Origin: Candidatus Poribacteria bacterium
GTDB lineage: Bacteria; Poribacteria; WGA-4E; PCPOR2b
DNA length: 64,000 bases
Reading direction: 5' to 3'
Assembly (NCBI GenBank): GCA_965218095.1
Contig: OZ244587.1
Coordinates: 4,832,001 to 4,896,000, forward strand
This document shows, one piece after another, positions 1 through 10,490 of the stretch. Position numbers and translations under genes: made by a program. Each line of letters starts with the position of its first letter. Position 1 is the first letter of the stretch. The notes beneath the pieces were generated by a model. The model was not told the origin of the DNA and did no database searches. It saw only the letters and a list, made by a program, of their open reading frames with translations.

Positions 1-699
1 GCCCGCCAGCGGCGCCTCTGATTCCAAAATTTGGTTGATGCTCGATAGCGGTGCGTCGCCGTTGATCAGAAGGCGTCCCCAGTTCACCATTAAGGAGATG
101 GGATGCCCCGGCGCAGACTCTCGATTTACGACAGTTAGAGTCTGGATAAGAGAAGGCAGCGTCAGTGAAGCCTTCTTGGCGGCAGGAAAAGGTATGGGAT
201 GATCCGGAGGGAGGCTATCCGTTACTTCCGCTGCCAGCGTGCAGTCGAGTAGGACAGCGGCAACTAACTCGCGCAAATCGACTAAGCTGCGATAGAACGC
301 GATGGCGTGCGGGATTGTATCTCCGGAACGTCTCCCAGTCTGCACGACCACATTGCGGATGCGGACGCCTTGTTCGGACAGCGATAGGCACTGCTGCAAG
401 ACTGAACATGTATCGAGCACCGCTGCTTGACGAGACGATTCCTCCAGCGAGGAAAAACCGTACGCCGGATTCTTCTGTCCTGCCGTCGCCCACTGCGCCA
501 CGAGAGTGACCACGAGTGAAGCGGGTATTTCTGCAAATGCATCAACCAATTCCGGCGCTAACGGTATACCAGCGAGAACCGGAATTTCAAAAGTGTTTAT
601 GTCCCATTCGCGCGCCGCTTTGCGATACCAGCCGGCTTGTTCGACTGGTGTAAGCGACCCAACGGAGGCATACGCCCCTAAAACTTTTTCGACAATCAT
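1..699 (-). CDS. DUF4862-like TIM-barrel protein (partial, runs off window start)
   Basis: Not in ORF track. ATG at 699 with AAAGGA RBS; open frame MIVEKVLGAYAS...PAYGFSSLEESSR...LMVNWGRLLI to position 1; GAYA and NWGR motifs resemble DUF4862. Confidence 0.6.
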   Translation of the reverse strand, partial: MIVEKVLGAYASVGSLTPVEQAGWYRKAAREWDINTFEIPVLAGIPLAPELVDAFAEIPASLVVTLVAQWATAGQKNPAYGFSSLEESSRQAAVLDTCSVLQQCLSLSEQGVRIRNVVVQTGRRSGDTIPHAIAFYRSLVDLRELVAAVLLDCTLAAEVTDSLPPDHPIPFPAAKKASLTLPSLIQTLTVVNRESAPGHPISLMVNWGRLLINGDAPLSSINQILESEAPLAG

Positions 700-1014
700 T
701 AGTAATGTCCTTTCAATAGATTGTGCTATCACTAAATTTGTGAGAATCCGCACCATCACTGAATCTGTACCTGAAGTGCAAAACGTGAAATGTGAAGAAT
801 CTCACGCCTCACACGCAACGCCGTGAGGTTCATCTCCCCAAGAGACTGGATCTCCTCAACTATTTCGTGAACTCATTGCGGGTAGTTTCTTGGAAGTCTA
901 ATAGAGTGCAGCGAAGAATCTCCTCGTTAAGGTGCAAGCAATCCTTTACTTCGCTTAGGACGATAGGAGAAGAGCGCATTTTACTCGCTATAATTTCGTG
1001 ATAGAACAGAGATT

Positions 1015-2091
1015 TCATTTTTTACGGGACCTCCATATCGGAAGTCCTATCCCGTTGTGAGCGCCCCTCCCTTCATACATACTAAAACCCAGGACAAGGA
1101 GGAGCACCGTGGCTTGTGTCACCCATGTCAATTTTGAGGGAACTTGGGCGACCATCTGCATCTCCTCAGATCCGGCTTGCAACATGCCGAAAAGCAACGC
1201 CGAAAAGATGACGCCAATCGGGTGAAGCCGCCCGAGTAGTGCAACAGCGATTGCAGTGTATCCGTAGCCGGGCGCGTTCTGATAAAGTCGATGCGGGCTG
1301 AGTCCCGTCAATTCAATTGCGCCCGCCAATCCCGCTAACCCGCCGCTGATTAGCATGGCGATGATGATATTTCGGGAGACGCTAATGCCCGCTGTTCGTG
1401 CAGCGATCTGGTTCTGTCCGACAGCGCGAACTTGATAACCAAGCACCGTGCGAAACAGAATCCAGTACAGAACCACTGCGATGATAAGTGCAAGGAGAAT
1501 CCCCAGATGGAACCGGTTGTGAGGAATCCACGCTTTCGGAAGCAAGCGAGGGAGCAGGGCGTTCGCCGCAATCCTTTCGCTTTGTTGATATGACCGGGTT
1601 GCTTCTTGCAGCGGCCCCCCGTCAATGAAGTAGCGCACCAACTCAAGGGCAATGAAGTTGAGCATAATTGTGCTGATGACTTCTGCCACACCGCGGTGAG
1701 CCTTGAGTAAGCCTGCGATTGTCCCCCAGAATCCTCCGGCGATAAACCCCGACACAAGGATCAGGGGGATAAAAAAAATGGGCGGCAGGTTGGTGATTGA
1801 TGTGCCGATCCAAGTTGTGATGAGTGTGCCGATGAGGTATTGGCCTTCGGCGCCGATGTTCCAGACACCACACCGGAACGCGAATGCAACAGCTAACCCT
1901 GTCAAGAGCAGTGGACAGGTTTTCACAAATGTTTCCGTCACCTCCCGCATGCCTCCCAACGCCCCCTGATACATGGCGACAAACGCCTTGATCGGTTGAT
2001 AACCGCACACAAGCATAATCAGCGCGTTGATGAGTAGTGCTAAGAGGATGATGAGAATTGGAAAAAGGATCTGGGTTGGTTTGATGCGCAT
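1015..2091 (-). CDS. ABC transporter permease (nucleoside/sugar, BMP-associated type)
   Basis: Hydrophobic 358 aa; NIGAEGQ, RAVGQNQIAARTAG and GYGYTAIAVALLGRLHP motifs; no partner subunits adjacent. Confidence 0.9.
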   Translation of the reverse strand: MRIKPTQILFPILIILLALLINALIMLVCGYQPIKAFVAMYQGALGGMREVTETFVKTCPLLLTGLAVAFAFRCGVWNIGAEGQYLIGTLITTWIGTSITNLPPIFFIPLILVSGFIAGGFWGTIAGLLKAHRGVAEVISTIMLNFIALELVRYFIDGGPLQEATRSYQQSERIAANALLPRLLPKAWIPHNRFHLGILLALIIAVVLYWILFRTVLGYQVRAVGQNQIAARTAGISVSRNIIIAMLISGGLAGLAGAIELTGLSPHRLYQNAPGYGYTAIAVALLGRLHPIGVIFSALLFGMLQAGSEEMQMVAQVPSKLTWVTQATVLLLVLGFSMYEGRGAHNGIGLPIWRSRKK

Positions 2092-2126
2092 TCGGATGGA
2101 GGCAATGCGGTAGGAAAAACGGATGT

Positions 2127-2183
2127 GTGAAACGTTGTAATGCGTAATGCGTAAAACCGTGACGTAATACGCAATACGATGCG
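2127..2183. repeat. Heptamer (CGTAATG/CGTRAAA-type) short tandem repeat
   Basis: gtaatgcgtaatgcgtaaaac...cgtaatacgcaatacg; related arrays near 8154, 52531, 56577, 60389, 63187. Confidence 0.7.
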
Positions 2184-2211
2184 TTGATTTGTGGATTTGG
2201 CGATTCTACTG

Positions 2212-3258
2212 CTATTCAACAACCCATGTATCGCCTGCATTGAGCAACGCCTCCAGATCGCCTTCTCCCATCCGCTGTTTGGCGGTGTCTATCTGTTGTG
2301 TCATCATATCTTCGTAACAAGGATGTTCAACGCTACGAAAGATGCCGATCGGATGGGGCAAGTCTGGAACTTCAGTCATACGGCTGAGGAAGTATGCCAA
2401 TGTCCGATCTTCGGCAAACTGATCATGGGTAATAAGATTGTCGAGGGTGTTTGTGCCGTCGATCAAGGAAACAACCTCTGGCTGAAATCCGTTCGGGCAG
2501 ATGCCTTTGTCACGTTCCTTCCCAAAGACGAGCGGTTCGCCATGTTCGAGAAACATCGTATTCTCAGCTTTCGTTTCCTTTTCGGTGTACGTGAAGAATG
2601 CACCGTCATTGTATATGTTACAGTTCTGGTAGATTTCGATGAACGAGGTGCCCTTGTGTTCAAACGCTGCCTTGATGACACTTCGCAGATGCTCGGGATC
2701 TCTGTCGAGTGAACGGGCAACAAAGGTTGCTCCAGAAGCAAGTGCAAGGCTAATCGGATTGAAGGGATTGTCGATTGAACCCATCGGCGTTGAATAGGTT
2801 TTTTTGCCTTGCTCGGAAGTCGGGGAATATTGCCCTTTCGTCAGTCCATAGATGCGGTTGTTGAACAGTAGCACGTTGATGTCGAGATTACGACGCATCA
2901 TGTGAATGAAGTGGTTGCCCCCGATCGACAACGCATCACCATCGCCGGTGATCACCCAGACTGAGAGATCAGAGTTGGCAGTTTTTACGCCTGCAGCAAT
3001 GGTTGGTGCACGCCCATGAATGGTATGAAAGCCGTAAGTATTCATATAATATGGGAAACGGCTTGAGCAGCCAATCCCAGAGATAAAGACAAAGTCTTCC
3101 TTCGGAATGCCCAGGTCCGGCAAAATCCGTTGGGTTTGGGCAAGAATTGAGTAATCTCCGCAGCCTGGGCACCAGCGGACATCTTGATCGGAGGTAAAAT
3201 CTTTCTTAGTTAGCGTCGGAACAGCTCCCGGTATTGGAGTGGCGGTTCTGTTTTTCAT
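2212..3258 (-). CDS. korB: 2-oxoacid:ferredoxin oxidoreductase beta subunit
   Basis: WCPGCGD, SGIGCSSR, TPP motif GDGD...NN, YGLTKGQYSPT. Confidence 0.93.
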   Translation of the reverse strand: MKNRTATPIPGAVPTLTKKDFTSDQDVRWCPGCGDYSILAQTQRILPDLGIPKEDFVFISGIGCSSRFPYYMNTYGFHTIHGRAPTIAAGVKTANSDLSVWVITGDGDALSIGGNHFIHMMRRNLDINVLLFNNRIYGLTKGQYSPTSEQGKKTYSTPMGSIDNPFNPISLALASGATFVARSLDRDPEHLRSVIKAAFEHKGTSFIEIYQNCNIYNDGAFFTYTEKETKAENTMFLEHGEPLVFGKERDKGICPNGFQPEVVSLIDGTNTLDNLITHDQFAEDRTLAYFLSRMTEVPDLPHPIGIFRSVEHPCYEDMMTQQIDTAKQRMGEGDLEALLNAGDTWVVE

Positions 3259-5093
3259 ACATCACCTCTTAACAACTCATCGATTTTAGATTCAACTTCA
3301 AATACATGGAACGGTTGTCCTTGGATCTTATTGAGGCCAATGGCATCTATCAGATACTCTGCACGAATCAGTAGGCGCAACTGCCCCAGGTTAAGTTCAG
3401 GAATGAGCACCTTGTTGAACCTCCTCATAATGTCGCCAAGCTCTCTTGGAAGGGGGTTGAGGTAGCGGAGATGCACATGCGAAACCGATTCGCCTTCTTC
3501 CTGTTTATATTCAACGGCTGTTCTAACCACACCGTAGGTTCCACCCCAACTCAACACGAGGAGCTCGCCGCTAGACTCACCAAAGGTTTCGGTGGGTGGG
3601 ATATCGTTCACGATGCGGGCGACCTTTTCTGCTCTAAGATGAACCATCTGCTCATGGTTTTCCGGATCATAACTGACATTTCCTGAGATGTTCTCTTTCT
3701 CCAAACCGCCAATCCGATGTTCCAGGCCGGGGGTGCCCGGGATTGCCCAGGGACGTGCTAATGTTATTTCATCCCGCAGATATGGGTCAAATCCATCCCC
3801 ATCTGTTTGGAAATCCACGTCAATTGCCGGTAAGTCCGATGCCTTCGGAATGGACCAGGGTTCAGCACCAAAGCCGATGTAAAGATCCGACATGAAAATC
3901 ACCGGCGTCATGTATTTGACAGCAATTCGGCAGGCTTCATAGACAGTTTCAAAGCAATCGGAGGGACGCGAAGCGGTAATCACGGGAATTGGGGATTCGC
4001 CGTTTCGTCCGTAAAACATCTGTAGAAGATCTGCTTGTTCGGTCTTCGTTGGCATCCCTGTCGAGGGACCTGCTCTTTGGATATTGCAGACAACGATTGG
4101 CAATTCCGCAATCACGGCGAGGTTAATCGCTTCCGCTTTGAGGGCAATGCCTGGGCCACTACTGCCGGTGGCACCCAACGCACCACTAAACGCGGCACCA
4201 ATTGCAACGCCAACCGCCGCGATTTCGTCTTCCATCTGCATCGTTTTGACCCCGAAATTCTTGTATCTCGCCAATTCGTGGAGAATCGCGCTTGCGGGCG
4301 TAATCGGGTAACTGCCGTAAACCAGCGGTAATCCAGACTTTTGAGAGGCGGCAACCAGCCCCAGTGCTGTCGCCATATTCCCTTCGATATTGCGATATTT
4401 CCCTGCTGCAAACGTTGCTGGTTTGACTTCATAAGAAGTCGCAAACTGCTCCGTGGCTTCACAGTAAATGTTGCCTGCCCGCAACGCAATGGTGTTGGCT
4501 TCGATGTATTGCGGTTTTGTGGCAAACTTCTCCCTCAGCCATCGTAAAGTATAGTCCGTCGGGCGGTTATACATCCAACACACCATCCCAAGCGCGAAGA
4601 AGTTCTTACACCGATCTATTTCGCGTTGACTCAGACCTGTGTCTTTCAACGCTTCTCTTGTGAGGCGGGTCAGTTCGACTGGAAAGACCTGAAATTTGGT
4701 CAACGAACCGTCTTCGAGCGGATTGCTATTATATCCAGCTAACCTGAGGTTTCGCTGTGCAAAATTATCTGTATTGATAATAAGAATACCGTTCGGTTTG
4801 AGTTGATCAATGTTGACCTTCAATGCCGCTGGATTCATTGCGACGAGGACATCACAAGTATCACCGGGAGTGTGAATCATTGCACTGGAAAAGTGGAGTT
4901 GAAAACCTGATATGCCTGCCAACGAACCGGCCGGAGCGCGAATTTCCGCGGGGTAATCTGGAAGCGTTGCGAGGTCGTTTCCTGCGACTGCAGAAGCCTC
5001 GGTCATTTGCGTCCCGATTGTCTGCGAACCATCACCGGAGTCGCCAGCAAACATAATCGTAGCTTCCTCGATAGTTTGCACCCGTTTTCTCAT
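3255..5093 (-). CDS. korA: 2-oxoacid:ferredoxin oxidoreductase alpha subunit
   Basis: AGDSGDG, YPAEIRAPAG, YPITPAS, QMEDEIAA, QRAGPSTGMPTK; ATGA overlap with korB. Confidence 0.93.
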   Translation of the reverse strand: MRKRVQTIEEATIMFAGDSGDGSQTIGTQMTEASAVAGNDLATLPDYPAEIRAPAGSLAGISGFQLHFSSAMIHTPGDTCDVLVAMNPAALKVNIDQLKPNGILIINTDNFAQRNLRLAGYNSNPLEDGSLTKFQVFPVELTRLTREALKDTGLSQREIDRCKNFFALGMVCWMYNRPTDYTLRWLREKFATKPQYIEANTIALRAGNIYCEATEQFATSYEVKPATFAAGKYRNIEGNMATALGLVAASQKSGLPLVYGSYPITPASAILHELARYKNFGVKTMQMEDEIAAVGVAIGAAFSGALGATGSSGPGIALKAEAINLAVIAELPIVVCNIQRAGPSTGMPTKTEQADLLQMFYGRNGESPIPVITASRPSDCFETVYEACRIAVKYMTPVIFMSDLYIGFGAEPWSIPKASDLPAIDVDFQTDGDGFDPYLRDEITLARPWAIPGTPGLEHRIGGLEKENISGNVSYDPENHEQMVHLRAEKVARIVNDIPPTETFGESSGELLVLSWGGTYGVVRTAVEYKQEEGESVSHVHLRYLNPLPRELGDIMRRFNKVLIPELNLGQLRLLIRAEYLIDAIGLNKIQGQPFHVFEVESKIDELLRGDV

Positions 5094-5177
5094 TCCATCC
5101 TTCTTTCTATTATAATCGTTGTATGTTCTTTCGAAGCCCTTGATGTAATATCATAAAATTAGGCACAAACGTCCCGT

Positions 5178-5717
5178 CTACGCACCTTCACGGGCTTTCA
5201 TCGCATCACGAATAGGTTTCGGTGGCAGGGTCAACACTTCTTGGGGAAAATGCTCGACAAGATAAGAGATAATATGACGAATGGACACCATCCCAACCGG
5301 CTGATTCTGTTCATTCACGATGGGTATATGGCGGTAGCCACCCTTCGCCATATATAAAATTGCTGTGTCAAGCGAATCCCCAATATACGCGGTCTGCGGG
5401 TCGACTTTCATAAAGTGTTCGACAGGAATCTGTGTTAAATCGCCTACTGACTTGTTCAAAATTTGCGTCAGCACATCCCGCTCACCGAAAATCCCTCTGA
5501 GGACATCATCAGATACAACAAGGATTGCACCGACCTTATTGGCGACCATTAAATCAATCGCGGCTTGTATACTTGCGCCCATCTCAATCGTAACAGGCGG
5601 GTCCATCAAAGAACTCAGCGGCACCTGGATTTCGTGTGGCTTCAAGGTTTTTGACGGCTCATCGGGCATTCCCTCCATGATAGCTAGTTCCTCATCCACA
5701 ACTTCTTCATAAAGCAT
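5178..5717 (-). CDS. CBS-domain pair protein
   Basis: GIFGERDVL and GGYRHIPIV CBS motifs. Confidence 0.88.
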   Translation of the reverse strand: MLYEEVVDEELAIMEGMPDEPSKTLKPHEIQVPLSSLMDPPVTIEMGASIQAAIDLMVANKVGAILVVSDDVLRGIFGERDVLTQILNKSVGDLTQIPVEHFMKVDPQTAYIGDSLDTAILYMAKGGYRHIPIVNEQNQPVGMVSIRHIISYLVEHFPQEVLTLPPKPIRDAMKAREGA

Positions 5718-5729
5718 GCTTCACACCTC

Positions 5730-6155
5730 CTAACCAGTCTCTAAAAACGCGGCGACGTGGTTCGCAATATCCTTACTTGAGACAACGCCCACAGGATATC
5801 CACTTTCATCGTCGTCGAAAACGAGCAGAGGGATATGGCGGAAGTGGCCCAGATGCATGAGGTTCAAGGCAAATGCTACCGGATCACTCACACGCAATGA
5901 TTCCGGTGATAGTGTCATAATATCGTCTACCAATACATCGGCGGGGTCCGCGCCCTTTCCGGCAATGTGAACAAGTAAATCCCGGTCTGTGATGATGCCA
6001 ACAAGCTGTTGTTGGTCACCAACGACCAATACACACCCAAATCGCCCCTCTTGCATCAAGTTGATAACCTCCGAAACCGGTGTGCCCGTCTCCACAGTGC
6101 AAGGTTCATTAAGGTTCAGGGTGCTAATCGGTAAAGATAGCGTTTGCGCGTCCAT
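5730..6155 (-). CDS. CBS-domain pair protein
   Basis: LVGIITDRDLL and GHFRHIPL CBS motifs. Confidence 0.88.
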   Translation of the reverse strand: MDAQTLSLPISTLNLNEPCTVETGTPVSEVINLMQEGRFGCVLVVGDQQQLVGIITDRDLLVHIAGKGADPADVLVDDIMTLSPESLRVSDPVAFALNLMHLGHFRHIPLLVFDDDESGYPVGVVSSKDIANHVAAFLETG

Positions 6156-6243
6156 GCTTTTCTCCTTTCAATTTCCAACTCTCGAATCGATCATGTTTCT
6201 TTTGCAAAACTTATGTAAGTGGGTTAGGGGCAATAACGTAGAA

Positions 6244-6272
6244 ATGGTAGCACACACCTCGACATTTTGCAA
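6244..6272 (-). promoter_or_regulatory. sigma70-type promoter for CBS-CBS-korAB
   Basis: Minus strand TTGCAA-17bp-TACCAT with TG extension. Confidence 0.45.
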
Positions 6273-6506
6273 GTTGAAATGGAGCGAAATAGAAATATAC
6301 AAATGAGCAAAGGGACACAGGAGGCCTGATAGGAGGAGGCAAATGTTTGCGAATTTCTAAAACGGATACAATTTACTAAAGTTTGGACAGTGTACTCAAG
6401 TGTCTAAAGTGAGAAGAGATTTTCGCTTTGCGCCATCTTTTCTCCTTAATGAAGCTGATGGCATCTCGGAAGCGTTTCGATCTCCGGGTTAGCGCCTAAC
6501 CATTTT

Positions 6507-7850
6507 TCACACCTCCCTAAGTCGTGCGGCAAATGTCCCGTCGATGCCGTATTCGTGCGGGAAAGTCTGAAGGAAACCCGCTGGCGTTATCGCGTTAGTG
6601 GGAACAAACGGCAAGAAATCCCTTGCGTCTTCGACGACGAAGTGTGGATGGCTCTCAAGAAAACGACGAATAATCCTCTCATTTTCTTCAGGCTCGGTGC
6701 TACAGGTACTATAAACCAAAACAGTCCCCGGCCTGACATATTGCGCCGCGTTGTGCAAAATCCGTGACTGTAGCTGCGCGAGCGCATTAATCTGTTCGGG
6801 TTTCTTTTGCCAGCGGATGTCTGGATGCCGCCGTAGCGTGCCAAGCCCTGAACACGGTGCATCAATGAGAACATGGTCCGCGGCTTCTATAAAGTTGAGC
6901 GCATCGCCTGCGGCATCCGCAATTCGGGTCTGAACGTTAGTTACGCCGAGCCGCTGGCAGTTTTCTGTAATCCGCTGGAGCTTGCCCTGAGATCGATCCA
7001 AGGCAATAATCTCGCCGACATTACGCATCAGTTGCGCGATATGGGTGGTCTTCCCACCGGGGGCGGCGCAAAGATCAACGACTTTCTCCCCCGCCTGTGG
7101 GCGAAGCAGATACCCTACTAGCATCGCACTTTCATCTTGCACATAGAACCCACCATCGCGGTAAGCAGCCAGCGATGGGACCGGCGGAGAATCTTGCAGG
7201 GACAACCCATCCGGAGCGATCCGGCTGTCTTGGATCGAAACACCGTCAGCCGTGAGTGAGCGGATGAGATCGGCACGACTCGTTTTCAAAGTGTTGACGC
7301 GGACAGTCAGCGGGGCAACCCGGTTGCTCGCACGACAAAATCCCAGAGTCCACGGGGCACCGTGTTGTACAATCCAACGCTCCACCAGCCACAAGGGGTA
7401 GGAGAGGGCGACAGCAATGTGCCGTGCCGGATCTGATTCCAACGACGGGTACTGAAGGTTAGCTCCCGCTTGCTGTACACTACGCAAAACAGCGTTGATA
7501 AATCGAGCCGTTTTGTGTTTCGGTTTCGCAAGTTCGACCGTCTCGTAGATGGCGGCGTGTGGTGGAATCTTGTCCAGATGGAGCAGTTGATACGCCCCTA
7601 ATCGTAACAGGTTGCGGGTATGCCGATTTAAACGAAAGCGACAGTCTACAAAGTGGCCGAGCACCCAATCAAGCTGCCCTCGCCACCGAATTGTCCCGTA
7701 GACCAGTTCGTTGAGCAACCCCCGGTCCGCCGGACTCAGATTGTTGCGTCGAACCGCTAGATTAATAACCGGAGCAATAGGGGTGTTGTCTTTTTCTAAT
7801 TGAATCAGGCAGTCTAATACAAGTTGGCGTGCCGAAATTCCTTTTCTCAT
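6507..7850 (-). CDS. rsmB: 16S rRNA (cytosine967-C5)-methyltransferase
   Basis: NusB-like N-terminus; QDES, DLCAAPGGKT, DAPCSG, YSTCS motifs. Confidence 0.95.
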   Translation of the reverse strand: MRKGISARQLVLDCLIQLEKDNTPIAPVINLAVRRNNLSPADRGLLNELVYGTIRWRGQLDWVLGHFVDCRFRLNRHTRNLLRLGAYQLLHLDKIPPHAAIYETVELAKPKHKTARFINAVLRSVQQAGANLQYPSLESDPARHIAVALSYPLWLVERWIVQHGAPWTLGFCRASNRVAPLTVRVNTLKTSRADLIRSLTADGVSIQDSRIAPDGLSLQDSPPVPSLAAYRDGGFYVQDESAMLVGYLLRPQAGEKVVDLCAAPGGKTTHIAQLMRNVGEIIALDRSQGKLQRITENCQRLGVTNVQTRIADAAGDALNFIEAADHVLIDAPCSGLGTLRRHPDIRWQKKPEQINALAQLQSRILHNAAQYVRPGTVLVYSTCSTEPEENERIIRRFLESHPHFVVEDARDFLPFVPTNAITPAGFLQTFPHEYGIDGTFAARLREV

Positions 7851-8045
7851 TGCGTTGGGATGCGTAAGACGAATGCTTCAGGCTGCTTGGATTCTCGGCG
7901 GCTCGATGAATCCACTTATGAGTAAAACAGGACTTGCGCAGTTGATATAAAGTATCGCCATCACTTGACTGGATCACATGTCGGCGCAAGACCCTCGTGG
8001 CGCCGGTTTCTTAACCTGCGAAGGAAAGTTTGCGGTTCGTATATT

Positions 8046-8222
8046 ATACCGTTTCTGAATAATTTTGTCGCACCATTCGGGCAGAAAACAATGGGTATCG
8101 ACGACGGAGTACATTCGTTCATTTGTTCAGGGGTTCAAAAGCGTGAGTTTTCTTCACGTTTCACGTTTCACGCATCACGTTTCGCGTTTCAACAATGGGT
8201 TATGCTTCATCAGAATTGGTAT
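8046..8222. mobile_element. MITE-like element, ATACC...GGTAT TIR family, copy A
   Basis: ataccgtttctgaat ... catcagaattggtat; flanked by TATT on both sides; same ends at 39232-39409 and 43126-43185. Confidence 0.55.
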
Positions 8223-8344
8223 TATTTCTCCATCATAGCTGTGAAAACTATCCAGCTTATGATTCGCATGGGGACAATTATATCACTACGTGGATCGACT
8301 GTCCATAACAAAAAGGTATGAACGAATTGGCATTGACAACTGAT

Positions 8345-8644
8345 ATGATTGGGGGCGGCGGGTTCACTTTCCTCTTGCTTTGGATGTGCCATCGCTTCAT
8401 CTGGTGGCCGCTTCGCCCCATCGGCTATCTCTTGGGAGCAACCTATCCACCGTTTCATCTCTGGTCATCGGTTTTTATCGGTTGACTGATTAAGTACAGC
8501 CTGTTAAAATTCAGTGGTCCCGGAACCTATCGCAAACTGCGTTTCCTTTTTCTTGGGCTGATCTTTGGCGAGTATCTGATGGTGGGTGTGTGGATGGGGG
8601 GTGGGTTGTTTACAAAGGTAGGATATTTTGCGCTGCCGTCATGA
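8345..8644 (+). pseudogene. C-terminal remnant of a DUF6784/DUF6785-like membrane protein
   Basis: Frame reads RFIWWPLRPIGY...WSSVFIG*LIKYSLLKFSGPGTYRKLRFLFLGLIFGE; in-frame TGA at 8483 where Trp is expected; N-terminus absent. Confidence 0.6.
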
Positions 8645-8720
8645 ACGTTCGGGGAGAATTTGTTGAGGGCTGATGTCGAAATAAAGGGCGACCCCGGCCT
8701 GTGATCGGGGTCGACCAATT

Positions 8721-9485
8721 TTATCTCTCATAAGTATACGATTCCCCCGGCAGCAGTTTGACCACTTCCGTTCGCGGCGAGGTCACCGCAACCATCTCGC
8801 GCAATTTGTCAATATCTGCAACCTGCTTGGGGAAAGTGTCATAGTGACACGGGATAGCGACTTTGGGACGTAGCATGTGGCACGCAAAAGCGAACTCCCG
8901 CAGTCCCATGGTGTATTGCCCCCCGGCGGGCATGATAGCAATTTCGGGATCATACATATTGCCGATGACCTGCATCTCCGCGCTCACGCCTGTATCGCCG
9001 CTATCGTAGAGAACAATGCCGTTATCGAACGAAATAACATATCCGCAGGTCTGCCCATCAGCACTCATCGTCTTGTCTTCGAGATATTCGTAAAGCATCA
9101 TATTAGTCGAGTGACAAGACGGCGTCATCGTATAGGTCGCCTTTCCGACCTTTGCGCTGCCACCGATGTTCAGGCAGTAAGCCGTTGGCTCTTCGTCGTA
9201 AGGGATGCCGTGCTTGTCGGCGTACATGCCGACCTCTGGACTGGAAATTAGACAAGCACCGGTATTCTTCACCAATTCAATGGCATGGCCGAGATGATCG
9301 ATATGCCCGTGCGTGACGCAGACGACATCGGCTTCGATAATATCGTCTACGCTCCACGGGGAAACGGGACTTTCCCAATCGCCAAGACTTGATCCTTTCA
9401 ACCACGGATCGAAGTAAGTTTTTTCGCCTTCGTTCTCAAACAGAAACGAAGCATGACCGATAAAAGTAATTTTAATGCTCGCCAT
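8721..9485 (-). CDS. Metal-dependent hydrolase, metallo-beta-lactamase fold (UPF0173-like)
   Basis: GHASF, DPW, THGHIDH, SGDT, IPCHYDTFP. Confidence 0.88.
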   Translation of the reverse strand: MASIKITFIGHASFLFENEGEKTYFDPWLKGSSLGDWESPVSPWSVDDIIEADVVCVTHGHIDHLGHAIELVKNTGACLISSPEVGMYADKHGIPYDEEPTAYCLNIGGSAKVGKATYTMTPSCHSTNMMLYEYLEDKTMSADGQTCGYVISFDNGIVLYDSGDTGVSAEMQVIGNMYDPEIAIMPAGGQYTMGLREFAFACHMLRPKVAIPCHYDTFPKQVADIDKLREMVAVTSPRTEVVKLLPGESYTYER

Positions 9486-9962
9486 TATGGCACCTCTCAG
9501 TATTTTGCTTTGGGATCAACTTACCCAATCATAGTACGCTCGGAGAAGGCGAGCAAGCGGAAAATATTAATCTACCCTATCCCTAAAATCTGATGTACAA
9601 TCCCAACCCACTGAAGTAGCACATCCGTTCGCCCATCTACGGAGTCGCCGATTGGTACACCGACGCAGAACTTCAGGATATTCGCGCCCTTCAAACATCG
9701 CTCTTTCCACATCATCCGCCCGTTCTCTTAAAAGTTGTTGGCAGTGTTGTGATTGGTGGCCCCAACAGACAAGTTCGGTAGGTCATTATCGATTTTGCGA
9801 ATCCAACGCACTGAACCTCCCAGAAATCATTTATAGCCTACCTTTCGAGTAATCCAACAACAAGAGATAGCGAAAACACCGAGAATTTTTGTAAAAAAAT
9901 GTCAGGATCTGCTTCCTCAACTGTTATACTTTCAGGTTGACACTCTCAAATTAGGACACGCT

Positions 9963-10487
9963 ATGGAAATTTCAGAACAGGACATTCTACGGATACTGAT
10001 GCAATCGCGTGGCCGCATTGAGGCAGCAGCGTGGGTGGTGGTGCACGATGCCCACGTTGCGGAAGACATCTTTCAAAATGTTGTGCTCAAGGCGTTAACG
10101 AAGGAGGTCAGTTTTAAAGCGGAGGGTGCCGTACTTTCGTGGGCATTCATTACCGCACGTCGGGAAGGGCTTGATTGGTCACGACGGCATAGAAAAGAGT
10201 CAATCGGCTTGGACGTGACGACTCTGGAACTGTTGGAACAGGAATGGTTGAGCGAGGCAGCTAGCCATGGCGAGGCGAGGCTGGCAGCTCTGCGGTCGTG
10301 TCTCAAAGGGCTGCCGGAGAAATCCTCTCGATTGTTGCGATTGCGTTACTTTGAAGACAACAACTGTGGCGAAGTTGCGAAAAAACTCGGTATCGGACTC
10401 AATGCAATCCACAAGCGTTTGTCGCAGCTGCACCAGAGTCTCAAGGACTGCATTGAACTCCGGCTGGATGAATCAAAAGGGGGCTAA
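9963..10487 (+). CDS. ECF sigma-70 factor
   Basis: Region 2 (AEDIFQ...SWAF) and region 4 (LPEKSSRLLRLRYFE..EVAKKLG); 174 aa. Confidence 0.9.
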   Translation: MEISEQDILRILMQSRGRIEAAAWVVVHDAHVAEDIFQNVVLKALTKEVSFKAEGAVLSWAFITARREGLDWSRRHRKESIGLDVTTLELLEQEWLSEAASHGEARLAALRSCLKGLPEKSSRLLRLRYFEDNNCGEVAKKLGIGLNAIHKRLSQLHQSLKDCIELRLDESKGG

Positions 10488-10490
10488 ACC

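Noticed and set aside
903-963. Degenerate gcagcgaagaatct...cttcgcttagga palindrome
   Set aside because: Resembles a common intergenic palindromic repeat but is a single decayed copy in this window
8483-8485. TGA-to-Trp recoding (in-frame TGA at Trp-like positions here and near 49602)
   Set aside because: Intact genes such as korA and pckA use TGA as stop and have normal TGG codons; these TGAs lie in otherwise broken fragments
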